A stretch of 64,000 nucleotides of DNA from Octopus vulgaris (GCA_951406725.2 OX597818.1:69564001-69628000), one strand, 5' to 3'; positions 25,874-37,763 are shown, numbered from the stretch's first letter. Numbers and translations: made by a program. Notes: generated from the sequence alone by a model not told the origin.

Positions 25874-26125
25874 GGAGTGAGAAGGTGGGAGGCCATCCAT
25901 AGTACCACCGATGCGGCAGAGATGGCCTCAAGATGGCTGTGGATCAGAAGAGGAGAGCCATGGGGTAGCTAGTTGACCATCTGGACACAAGCTGGAGTCT
26001 GATCAGCCCCAGCTGGATCACCTGGAGGAGGGTGTATGATATTGAAAGACCCGAAACACCTGATGGTACCAGGTACATCACTGAAGATGTGTCCAGATGC
26101 ATCAATCATTGATGGATGCACACAA
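25874..26125 (+). mobile_element. 3' end of a HERO-like (RLE-type) non-LTR retrotransposon
   Basis: Reads GVRRWEAIHSTTDAAEMASRWLWIRRGEPWGS* (stop 25970-25972), like the AE.AS.WLW.KR..W terminus of HERO ORFs, then a GC-richer UTR containing GAAAGACCCGAAACAC. Confidence 0.75.
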
Positions 26126-26250
26126 GTCAGGTTGGAAATGGTTGAGTGAGATGTATTCACACAGAGGTGACTTACCTGGAACCCATTGGAAAAGAAAAAA
26201 GAGATCTGGATATAGTTTGAAGGGGATGGGGTCTTTCTCTTCTTTTACTT

Positions 26251-27871
26251 CATCATCATCATCATCATCATCATCATTTAACGTCCGTTCTCCATGCTAG
26301 CATGGGTTGGACGGTTTAACTGGGGTCTGTGAAGCCGGAAGGCTTCATCAGGCCCAGTCAGATTTGGCAGTGTTTCTACGGCTGGATTCCCTTCCTAACG
26401 CCAACCACTCCTAAAGTGTAGTGGGTGCTTTTTACATGCCACCTGCACAAGTGCCAGACAGAGCTGGCAAACGGCCACAAACGGATGGTGTTTTTACATG
26501 CTACCGGCACGGGGGCCAGGCGAGGCTGGCAATGGACATGAGCAGATGGTGCTTTTACGTGCTACCAGCACGGGGGCCAGGCAAGGCTGGCAACGGATAC
26601 GAGCGGATGGTGCTTTTACGTGCCAACGGCACGGGGGCCAGGCGAGACTGGCAACGGACAAACGATTGGATGGTTCGCTTAACCACAGCAGCAATTTCCA
26701 CTGATGTTGATTTGGTTTGATTTTGACTGTTCTCACTGGTCTTGCCGGGTCTTCTCATGCACAGCATACTTCCATAGGTCTCGGTCTCTAGTCATTTCCT
26801 TGGTGAGACCTAAAGTTCGAAGGTCGTGCTTCACCACCTCGTTCCAGGTTTTCCTTGGTCTGCCTCTTCCACAGGTTCCCTCAACTGCTAGAGTGTGGCA
26901 CTTTTGCACACAACTATCTTCACCTATTCTCACTACATGACCATACCAGCACAGACGTCTCTCTTGCACACCACAACTGATGCTTCTTAGGTCCAACTTT
27001 TTTCTCAAGGTACTTACACTCTGTCGATTATGAACACTGACATTACACATCCATCGGAGCATACTGGCTTCATTTCTTGTGAGCTTACGCATATCCTCAG
27101 CAGTCACAGCCCACGTTTCACTGCCATGTAGCATGGCTGTACGTACGCATGCATCATACAGTCTGCCTTTTACTCTGAGCGAGAGGCCTTTTGTCACCAG
27201 CAGGGGTAAGAGCTCTCTAAACTTTGCCCAGGCTATTCTTACTCTAGCAGTTACACTTTCAGCACATCCACCCCCGCTACTGACTTGGTCACCTAGGTAG
27301 CGGAAGCTATCAACTACTTCTAGTTTTTCTCCCTGGAACATGGTAGACGTTGGTCTCTGCACATTTTCAGTGTTTAATGCTCCTGAGCATCTGCCACAGA
27401 CAAAAACTATTTTCCTAGTTAGCCTTCCTTTGACATTGCTACACCTCTTATGTGTCCATAGCTTACACTTGGTGCACCTTATAGAGTTTCTACCTACACC
27501 TTTTTACAGATTGAGCAGGGCCATCTACCTGAAGGCGTTTGTGACTTGTCTACTTTCCTACTTATTAGGACTTTGGTTTTGGCTAGATTGATTCTGAGGC
27601 CCTTCGATTCTAGACCTTGCTTCCACACCTGAAACTTCTCCTCTAGTTCTGATAGTGACTCAGCAATTAGAGCAAGGTCATCAGCATAGAGGAGCTCCCA
27701 GGGGCTTCCTGTCTTGAATTCCTCCGTTATTGCCTAGAGGACTATGATAAATAGGAGGGGACTGAGGACTGAACCTTGGTGGACCCCAACCTCTACCCTG
27801 AATTCTTCACTGTACTCGATGCCAACCCTCACCTTACTAGCAGCGTCTCTGTACATGGCTCGCACAGCTCT
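26251..27871 (-). mobile_element. RTE-clade LINE, 5'-truncated, one frameshift
   Basis: GVHQGSVLSPLLF, LLYADD, FRYLG, HGSETW, GRGRPRKTW; (GAT)n tail; highly similar to 32501-34477. Confidence 0.97.
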
Positions 27872-28358
27872 TTTGATAATGTTTAATGGAACAAGGCCCG
27901 ATGAAGAAAAGTATTTGCCTTGAAATGTGGTTCTGTGTTGCAAGCGTGATTTGTGTCGGGAAAGTTGGGAATGGTCCAGGCTGTGGAGGAATCGTAAACT
28001 TGATTAAAGATATTCGTATGTTTAAGCCTCCTATTAATTTCTGGTTATTTAGAGTTTTAAGAATAAAATATGCCATAGATTCTGTGCAGTTTAGTTAAAA
28101 TTACTGTTAGTTTGTAGTTGAAAAGACTGTGGAGGTGAATTTTCTTAAAATCAATTTTGCCTTTTATGCAATAAAAAGTTGTGAGTGAGCGAAGAAAGAA
28201 TAGCAAAAGGAAAAGAAAATAATTAAAAGAAAAGGGGAAAAGAAAAAGAAAGAAAAAAAGGAGAATATCTTTTGAAAGAACAACAGCAGCAACAACAACA
28301 ACAACAACAACAACACTAATCACATGGTTTGGTATGAGTTACATTTTCATTGGGCACA

Positions 28359-28395
<37 letters not shown>

Positions 28396-28542
28396 GCAGC
28401 AATGAAACAATCAAAACGATTTAATAGCTACAGAAAGCCTAACAACAGCAGCAACAACAACAACAACAACAACAACACTAATCACATGAGGATAATGATT
28501 ACGACGATGACAATGATGGTGATGATGATGGTGGCGATAATG

Positions 28543-28578
<36 letters not shown>

Positions 28579-28849
28579 GCAGCGATCACAATAATAGAAA
28601 CGATAGTAATAATAAGAGCAATGTAAATAATAACAACAATAAAAAAGAACAAGCAAAAAAGGGTGGGGAAGAGGGCGTGGATGGGTGGGATGGTGTGAGG
28701 ATGGGTGGGAGGGTGGGAGGAAAAACAATGAGAAGAGAAATAATGGTGAAATAAGTTCTCTTGACACAAAAGAAATGTTGATGTTTTTATTAATATGTAA
28801 TATATATGCATCGATGTGTGAGTGTATATATATATATATATATATATAT

Positions 28850-28917
28850 ACATACACACTTGAGTGATGTACTTTCTTTCTGTCTTTCACTCTCTCTCTC
28901 TTTCTCTCTCCTGCTAA

Positions 28918-29014
<97 letters not shown>

Positions 29015-29114
29015 CATACACACTTGAGTGATGTACTTTCTTTCTGTCTTTCACTCTCTCTCTCTTTCTCTCTCCTGCTAAATATATACACACACACACA
29101 CACACACACATACA

Positions 29115-29178
<64 letters not shown>

Positions 29179-29245
29179 CATACACACTTGAGTGATGTAC
29201 TTTCTTTCTGTCTTTCACTCTCTCTCTCTTTCTCTCTCCTGCTAA

Positions 29246-29342
<97 letters not shown>

Positions 29343-29409
29343 CATACACACTTGAGTGATGTACTTTCTTTCTGTCTTTCACTCTCTCTCTCTTTCTCTC
29401 TCCTGCTAA

Positions 29410-29440
<31 letters not shown>

Positions 29441-29444
29441 TACA

Positions 29445-29504
<60 letters not shown>

Positions 29505-29607
29505 CATACACACTTGAGTGATGTACTTTCTTTCTGTCTTTCACTCTCTCTCTCTTTCTCTCTCCTGCTAAATATATACACACACACACATACACACACA
29601 CACACAT

Positions 29608-29657
<50 letters not shown>
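28850..29657. repeat. Compound tandem repeat, 5 x ~164 bp
   Basis: Invariant core CACTTGAGTGATGTACTTTCTTTCTGTCTTTCAC(TC)n..CTGCTAAATA followed by variable (CA)n(TA)n. Confidence 0.95.
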
Positions 29658-29664
<7 letters not shown>

Positions 29665-29765
29665 CATACATATATCCATGTGCATGTAGAAAAGCTAATA
29701 GCTAGCTATATAAACTGATAGGCAGAGAGATAGAGAGAGAGGGATAGAGAGAGTTAAACAAACGG

Positions 29766-29839
<74 letters not shown>

Positions 29840-29959
29840 TTAAACCGATGGATAGAGAGATAATAGATGAAGAGAATGACAATTAGGTGCAGAGATAGAT
29901 ATATGACGAATACTGATAAGGAGAGAATTTTCCCCAATTACAGAACCATTTAAAACGAA

Positions 29960-30028
<69 letters not shown>

Positions 30029-30408
30029 ACCACTACTACTACAGAAGAAGTAAGTTGGCTAAAACTGAAAATATAATAATGAAATCAAGTGTTTGATGCT
30101 ATTTTCTCCCTTCTTTATTCTCTCTCTTTCATCACAACAAAATTCTAAATGATGATGGTGGTGGAGGGGGGATGGGAGGGGGCGGGGTAGGTGACGTTGG
30201 TGGTGTTGCTGGTGCCGGTGGTGCCGGTGGTGCCGGTGGTGCAGTTTTTGAGGGCATACCTATCCATAATTTATATCAACTGTCAGATTTGTCAGTAACT
30301 TGTTGGCCTTAAAAGGACAAATTAGACATCTTGTGAAATAATAAATCTTTTCCTTCGCTAATCACCTTTTGCATATATAACTTGTTTGCTTCATTAACTT
30401 ACACACAC

Positions 30409-30484
<76 letters not shown>

Positions 30485-30847
30485 GCTCAAAGACTATATA
30501 CAGGATTCATAATATATGAATAACATACATATGATGTTTTTTGCTTTCTGTAGATATGCATTGTTTTAGACAGAAACAGAATACTTTATTACACACACAC
30601 ACACACACGTATATATATCTACTTATATATATTTGCATGTATGTTTGTGAATGAATGCTTGTATGTGTTCAGTGTTTCTATATGTGTGTGTGTGTATGTA
30701 TACAACTGACTGGCTCTTGTGCCGGTGGCACATAAAAAGCACCATCTGAACATATATACACACACATACACATGTATATATATATAGATAGATAGATGAA
30801 TAGATAGATAGATAGATAGATAGATAGATGAATAGATAGGTAGGTAG

Positions 30848-30878
<31 letters not shown>

Positions 30879-30909
30879 GATGAATAGATAGATAGGTAGA
30901 TAGGTAGAT

Positions 30910-31250
30910 ATCTTTTATCTTTGGTCTTTTACTTTCTTCAGTCATCAGATTGCAGCCATGGTGATGGGGTGGGGCACCGTCTTGAAAAATTTAACCAGCA
31001 TTTATGTTTTTAAGCTCGTTACTCATTCCCTCGGTCTCTTTTGCAAACCTGCTATGTTACAGGAACATAAACACACCAACACCGGTTGCCAGGTGGTGGT
31101 GGGGGACAAACATAGATACAGACACACGCACGCCACACACAGATGCACACCACACGCATATACACACATCTGACAGGCTTCTTTCAGTTTCCATCTACCA
31201 AATCTACTTGTAAAGCCTTGGTTGGCCTGAGGTTATAGCAGAAAACACTG
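30910..31250 (-). mobile_element. SINE family B, diverged, head truncated
   Basis: TCAGTCAT..GCAGCCATG..CTTCTTTCAGTTTCCATCTACCAAATC. Confidence 0.8.
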
Positions 31251-31259
31251 ATCCAAGTC

Positions 31260-31520
31260 CATCCCAGGTTAAGGAAATTGTCGCACATGCAATGGGTGCA
31301 CGCACTGGAGTCGCATTCAAGAGCCACATGTTTATGTTTGATAACAAATATACAGCGAAGGGGGAAGGTGCAGCCATTGGTGTCAGTATCCCTGGTGATG
31401 TGGCTAAACTATTTATGGTATTGTGGGATAGGAGACTCAAGGAGAGAGTAGCAGAGAACTCCATAAACCTAAACAAGTACTCCCTCTACATGGATGATCT
31501 CATCATAGTAGCCAGAGCAC
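31260..31520 (+). mobile_element. Penelope-like element reverse transcriptase fragment
   Basis: HMFMFDNKYTAKGEGAAIGVSIPGDVAKLFMVLWD...KYSLYMDDLII matches the PLE RT pattern F.F....Y.Q..G.A.G...A.LFM...Y.RY.DD. Confidence 0.8.
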
Positions 31521-31764
31521 CCCCCCCCCCCCACGAGACAATGCTGATGAACACACACATACACACACACACGCAGATACACCTGCAAATGCATGCACAG
31601 ATATGGCTACACATCATAGAAGAACTTGCTCGGATCTTCCATTACCTTGTCCTGCAGTTGTCAGATGCATTCCAAAATTGTAGATGTCGTAGGAATGACT
31701 GGTATTTCCTTTCCTGCTGGCTACAGCTATATAGTCTCCATTGCCTCTGTCCATGTCATGTCTT

Positions 31765-31960
31765 ATTTCTCTATTGCCCTCAAGGGGCTAAACATAGAGG
31801 GGACAAACAAGGACAGACAAACGGATTAACTCAATTATATCAACCCCAGTGCATAACTAGTACTTAATTTATCGACCCCGAAAGGATGAAAGGCAAAGTC
31901 AACCTCGGCGGAATTTGAACTCAGAACGGTGTGCTAATGATTCTGCCAGCTCGCCACCTA
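31765..31960 (-). mobile_element. SINE family A with internal deletion
   Basis: GACCCCGAAAGGATGAAAGGCAAAGTCAACCTCGGCGGAATTTGAACTCAG..CTGCCAGCTCGCC. Confidence 0.85.
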
Positions 31961-32269
31961 TGTCCATGTCATGTCTTAAAGCCTTTACATTGAGCAGCAG
32001 TCAATCAACTCAATTCCTTGAACGAATGTGTCAATGTGGCTGAGTATCCCTCGGAATCCTGTCCCCTTAACATTATTCTCCAGCACAATCAGTGTGAAAC
32101 AGAGTAGGATGAAGTTGGCCTTTTCTATAACAGGTACAGTTCGTTTGACAGGCTTTGACACCATTTTCTTTCACAATGCTGTGATTTATCTGTGTTTGTT
32201 GTGAAGGACATTTACGCAAGATGCCAGACACTGGATTTGAAACCTTGTCCCAATCAGGCTTTTCTAATC

Positions 32270-32500
32270 TTTTATATTTTACTTCTTTCAGTCATTAGAC
32301 TGTGGCCACACTGGAGTACCACATTGAAGTCTTTTAGTCAAATGAATTGTTCCCAGGAGTTATTTCTTTTAAAGCCTGAGACTTATTCCATTGGTTATTT
32401 TGTCAAACTGATAAATTATGGGGATATAAACACACCAACACCGGTTGCCAAAGAGTGGTGAAGGACAAACACACACATATCTATATGTATATATATATGT
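32270..32500 (-). mobile_element. SINE family B, 3' half (split by the RTE insertion)
   Basis: Tail-side sequence up to the internal TA tract; the remainder resumes at 34478. Confidence 0.8.
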
Positions 32501-33875
32501 CATAGCCCAACTAATTAGAGAGAGAGTTAGTTTAGATGAGATGCAGTTTGGGTTTGTGCCAGGGAAAAGTACTACTGATGCTATATTCCTGGTAAGGCAG
32601 CTGCAGGAGAAATACCTAGCCAAAGATAAGCCCCTGTACCTGGCTTTTGTTGACATGGAGAAAGCCTTCGACAGGGTCCCCCGATCCCTTATCTGGTGGG
32701 CAATGAGGAAACTAGGGATAGATGAATGGTTAGTGAGAGCTGTGCAGGCCATGTATAGGGACGCCGCTAGTAGGGTGAGGGTTGGAAATGTGTACAGTGA
32801 AGAATTCCGGGTAGAGGTAGGAGTCCACCAAGGCTCAGTACTCAGCCCCCTCCTATTTATCATAGTCCTCCAGGCAATAACGGAGGAATTCAAGACAGGA
32901 TGCCCTTGGGAGCTCCTCTATGCTGATGACCTTGCTCTAATTGCTGAGTCGCTATCAGAACTGGAGGAGAAGTTTCAGGTGTGGAAACAAGGATTAGAAT
33001 CGAAGGGCCTCAGAGTCAATCTAGCTAAAACCAAAGTCGTAATCAGTAGGAAGGTAGACAAATCACAAACACCTTCAGGTAGATGGCCCTGCTCGATCTG
33101 TAGAAAAGGTGTAGGTAGAAACTCTATAAGATGCACCAAGTGTAAGCTATGGACACATAAGAGATGCAGCAATGTCAAAGGAAGGCTAACTAGGAAGATG
33201 GTTTTTGTATGTGGCAGATGCTCAGGAACAATAAACACTGAAAATGCTCTGAGACCAACCTCCATCACTTTCCAGGGAGAAAAACTAGAAATAGTTGATA
33301 GTTTCCGTTACCTAGGTGACCAAGTCAGCAGCGGGGGCGGGTGTGCTGAAAGTGTAACTGCTAGAGTAAGAATAGCTTGGGCAAAGTTCAGAGAGCTCTT
33401 ACCTCTGCTGGTGACAAAAGGCCTCTCGCACAGAGTGAAAGGCAGACTGTATGATGCGTGTGTACGAACAGCCATGCTACATGGCAGTGAAACATGGGCC
33501 GTGACTGCTGAGGATATGCGTAAGCTCGCTAGAAATGAAGCCAGTATGCTCCGATGGATGTGTAATGCCGGTACTCACACTCGGCAGAGTGTAAGTACCT
33601 TGAGAGAAAAGCTGGACCTAAGAAGCATCAGTTGTGGTGTGCAAGAGAGACGTTTGCGCTGGTATGGTCATGTGGCGAGAATGGATGAAGATAGTTGTGT
33701 GAAAAAGTGCCACACCCTAGCGGTTGAGGGAACCTGTGGAAGAGGCAGACCCAGGAAAACCTGGGACGAGGTGGTGAAGCACGACCTTCGAACTTTAGGT
33801 CTCACTGAGGAAATGACTAGAGACCGAGACCTCTGGAAGTGTGCTGTGCGCGAGAAGACCCGGCAGGACAAGTGA
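32499..33875 (+). CDS. RTE reverse transcriptase, C-terminal ~458 aa (no endonuclease, no native start)
   Basis: QFGFVPGKSTTDAIF, FVDMEKAFDRV, GVHQGSVLSPLLF, YADD, FRYLG, RRLRWYGHV, GRGRPRKTW; TGA at 33873-33875. Confidence 0.9.
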   Translation, partial: VIAQLIRERVSLDEMQFGFVPGKSTTDAIFLVRQLQEKYLAKDKPLYLAFVDMEKAFDRVPRSLIWWAMRKLGIDEWLVRAVQAMYRDAASRVRVGNVYSEEFRVEVGVHQGSVLSPLLFIIVLQAITEEFKTGCPWELLYADDLALIAESLSELEEKFQVWKQGLESKGLRVNLAKTKVVISRKVDKSQTPSGRWPCSICRKGVGRNSIRCTKCKLWTHKRCSNVKGRLTRKMVFVCGRCSGTINTENALRPTSITFQGEKLEIVDSFRYLGDQVSSGGGCAESVTARVRIAWAKFRELLPLLVTKGLSHRVKGRLYDACVRTAMLHGSETWAVTAEDMRKLARNEASMLRWMCNAGTHTRQSVSTLREKLDLRSISCGVQERRLRWYGHVARMDEDSCVKKCHTLAVEGTCGRGRPRKTWDEVVKHDLRTLGLTEEMTRDRDLWKCAVREKTRQDK

Positions 33876-34477
33876 GTCCATAACCCATGGCCTTCTACAT
33901 GGGATGGAGCCGGCCTACGTATGCATACCTTCCCTTCTTGGGACACAAAACTCTACTTGTGAAGACGTGTTGAGGCAAGTGAGGATCAGAATCGAAATCG
34001 ATCAATGGAAATTGCGGATGTGCTACCAGTGCCGGTGGCATGTCAAAACTCTGCTTGTGAAGACCCGTTGAGGCAAGTGAGAATCAGAATGGAAATCGAT
34101 CAATGGAAATTGCAGATGTGTTACCAGTGCCGGTGGCATGTAAGAGAACTTTCCGTTTCGCGACCGTTGCCAGCACCGCCCCGTTTCGTGTCCGTTGCCA
34201 GCCTCGCCTGGCCCTCGTGCCGGTGGCACATAAAAAGCACCATCCGTTCGTGGCCGTTTGCCAGCTCTGTCTGGCACCAGTGCGGGTGGCACGTAAAAAG
34301 CACCCACTACACTCACGGAGTGGTTGGCGTTAGGAAGGGCATCCAGCCGTAGAAACACTGCCAGATTTGACTGGGCCTGATGAAGCCTTCTGGCTTCACA
34401 GACCCCAGTAGATCCGTCCAACCCATGCTAGCATGGAAAACGGACGCTAAACGATGATGATGATGATGATGATGATG
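32501..34477 (+). mobile_element. Young RTE-clade LINE, 5'-truncated
   Basis: Uninterrupted RT frame, ~600-bp 3' UTR, (GAT)8 tail; TATATATGT at 32492-32500 and 34478-34486 is a candidate TSD. Confidence 0.97.
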
Positions 34478-34650
34478 TATATATGTATGCAATGGATTTC
34501 TTTTAGTTTCCATCTACCAAATCCATTCACAAGGTTTTAGCTGGTCTGAGGCTATAGTAGAAGACACTTGTCCAAGATACCATACTGTGGGATTGAACCC
34601 AAAACCAAGTGGTTTGGAAGCAAAGTTCTTAGCACATGGCAACACCTGTG
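34478..34650 (-). mobile_element. SINE family B, 5' half
   Basis: TTTCCATCTACCAAATCCATTCACAAGG..GCTATAGTAGAAGACACTTG..GGGATTGAACCC; continues 32270-32500. Confidence 0.8.
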
Positions 34651-34832
34651 CCTCTAATCCACTCTGTCAATGATTGAATGTTGTCTCTTTGTTAGAAACC
34701 AAATCCTTCTTTAGAGAAAGAATTTCAATATATAAATTTGAGAATTAACAACATAAGACAACAAGCATACATACATACACGTACATACATTCATACATGC
34801 ATACGTACATATATATACACATACATACATAA

Positions 34833-34887
<55 letters not shown>

Positions 34888-35059
34888 CTACATATATATA
34901 TATATATATATATACATATGCACATTTCTATATATATCCATACATACATACGCATGTGGATCCATCCATACACATACATACAGTCGTGTATATATACATG
35001 CTTTACAATCCTACAGGGAACTTAGTAAATCCTTACAAAACTATATGAACAAACACATG

Positions 35060-35091
<32 letters not shown>

Positions 35092-36269
35092 CACATACAC
35101 ATGCATGCACACACACATATACACTTATACAGACACATACACTCATAAGCTTATACTCATTCACACATAGATGTATACACCCCACACACACACACATACA
35201 CACAGCATTCGTTGGAAAAAATGCTTTGTCAGTAAGTCTAAGTTGAAATATCTATAATTACAAATAAGATGTCACCAAATCATGGATGGATTCTGAGAAA
35301 GAAATACATCTGTGTATGTCTGTGTGTACATGTATGGTGTGTATGTCTACAGGTGCATATGCGTGTGTACATTATATACATACATACATAGATACATACA
35401 TACATATATACATAGATAAATAAATATATATATATACATAGATAAATATATATATATGTATGCATACGTGCGTACATACATATGTACATACATATATGTG
35501 TATATATATGCATACATGCAATATGTGCATACATACATATATATATAGATGCATATATATATATATATGTATGTATATATATGTATATATGTATATATTT
35601 ATGCATACGTGTGTACATACGTATATGCATACGTACATATATATATATGCCTACATACATATATACACACACACATATGCATGTGTGTGTGTATGCCTGT
35701 GGTGTAGATGTCTCTTCATTTCTTTTCCACTTTTTCTTTTTATTTTTTCCTTTCCTTATATATTTTTAATGTATGAAAAATATTTTTACTTTTCGCATAT
35801 TTTTCAGCAATATTTTTCAGTTGTACTTTGGAAAATGAGTCGATGTGAGGCTGGTGTTAAGGATAGAACAATTGCTCTCTACTATAATAATAGTGTCATC
35901 ATTAGCACACACAGACACACACACACACACACACACTTCTTCGCTTGTGTGCTTTTTTTCCATCATTATTTTGCTGACTTAATACATGTTATTAAATATC
36001 AAAGTCGTTCTTAGATTACCAGTGACCAGGATATAGATAGAAGCCAAAAGTATTCCATTCCTAATGGTATATTATTATTTTTCCCCAAATAATAATAAAG
36101 CAAAAAGGTTTATTTACCATTTAGTGAGGAAACAGAAGGGCAGAATTCTTCCGACAGAGCAAAATCTATTAAAGACAGCCAACGACCAGGCGGCAGCATC
36201 AAACAAGGTGATGAATTAAGCCTTTTAAACCTTTCTCACAAATAGGTTGTCTGCGTGTGTGGTTGTTTT

Positions 36270-37029
36270 TCTCATCATCGTCATCGTCGTCATCATATCC
36301 ATCATCATCATTATTTAATATCCATCTTCCATGCTGGCATGAGTTGGGCGGTTGGACAGGAGCTGGCAAGGCTGGAGAGCTGCACCCGACTCCATTTATA
36401 TGCTTTGTCCTGGTTTCTATGGCTGGATGCCCTTCTTAACACCAACCTCTTTATAATGTGCACAGGGTGCTTTTTACCTGGCACCAGCACAAGTACCTTT
36501 CACCTGGCACCAGAAGAAATGTATTTTCCATGGTGCCAGCAGGGTCACCTCATAGCTTGCAAGTCAAAGACTTCTCAGCTAAGGGAAGGAAAGCAAGCGG
36601 GAGAAGTGGTTGTACACCTGACAAAAGATTCATCATCATCGTGTAATGTCTGCTTTCCATGCTAGCATGGGTTGGACGATTTTGACTGAGGACTGGCGAA
36701 CCAGACGGCCACACTAGGCTCCAATCTTGATCTGGAAAAGTTTCTACAGCTGGATGCCCTTCCTAACGCCAACCACTCCGAGAGTGTAGTGGGTGCTTTT
36801 TACATGCCACCGGCATAGGGCCAGTCAGGCGGTACTGGCAATGACCTCACTCGAATCTTTTTACACATGCCACCGACACAGGTGCCAGTAAGGCGACGTT
36901 GGTAACGATCATGCTCGAATGGTGCCTTTTTATGTAGCACCGGCACGGAAGCCAGTTGGCTGCTCTGGCAACGATCATGCTTGGATGGTGCTCTTGGCAC
37001 CCTACTAGCACGGGCACAAGTGCCAGTAA
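36270..37029 (-). mobile_element. Two adjacent RTE 3' tails (older 36270-36590, younger 36630-37029)
   Basis: Each starts with (CAT)n..TTCCATGCT.GCATG.GTTGG and GGATGCCCTTC; the younger has four UTR repeat units. Confidence 0.85.
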
Positions 37030-37624
37030 ATATATTTTTTAAATTTTTGCATTCAGGTAAGCTCAACAAAAACTGTAATCCATCTGATGAGAACTAAATA
37101 TTGTTTAATGCAAACTGAATATGGTTATGGGTTATTAATAGTTTCATACAATGAATATATTTATTTAAAAATATAAAATATATATTTTTAACCAGCTCAC
37201 TGGTTAATTGTAACACCAATACCTGTTCGGGGACTGTTATTTTGTATATTGCTGGCAGGGAGAGGAATCACTGCTATCTCTAGCAAATCGATGCCACAGC
37301 TCATATTGTCCACAGTATTCTAAATATAGATCATACAGCTCTATCAATGGCACCTCTTATAATAGCCTAAACAAATGTTGGTTGGTTGGTTGAAATCTTC
37401 AGTCACACTTTATAACACATGGAGAGAGTGGGGGGGGGAGATAATGAAATGTTTCTGGGGGGGTGGGGGATTTGACATAAGAGGTATGGAATGAGTGCCT
37501 TGTAACTTTCTGAAAACAGCATATTTCGTATTTTCGTAATGAAATTTTATAGAGATGGGTTAGACTGTGATTATGTTGATAAAATTCACAAACAGCAACA
37601 TTTACTTATTACAGACATTACAGA

Positions 37625-37659
<35 letters not shown>

Positions 37660-37685
37660 CCACCACCACCACCACCACCACCACC

Positions 37686-37740
<55 letters not shown>

Positions 37741-37763
37741 CCACCACCACCACCACCACCACC

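Noticed and set aside
26045-26095. Type II hammerhead in the HERO-like UTR (GAAAC..CTGAAGA)
   Set aside because: Core words are present, but there is no room for stem I and the cleavage-site pairing is off.
32445-32498. N-terminus of the 476-aa ORF as a genuine start
   Set aside because: These codons come from the antisense SINE and TA tract; the LINE is 5'-truncated at about 32501.
36793-37029. CRISPR-like repeat-spacer pattern in the RTE UTR
   Set aside because: The apparent spacers are homologous to one another (GCCAG..CTGGCAACGATC), so this is a diverged tandem repeat; reported as such.
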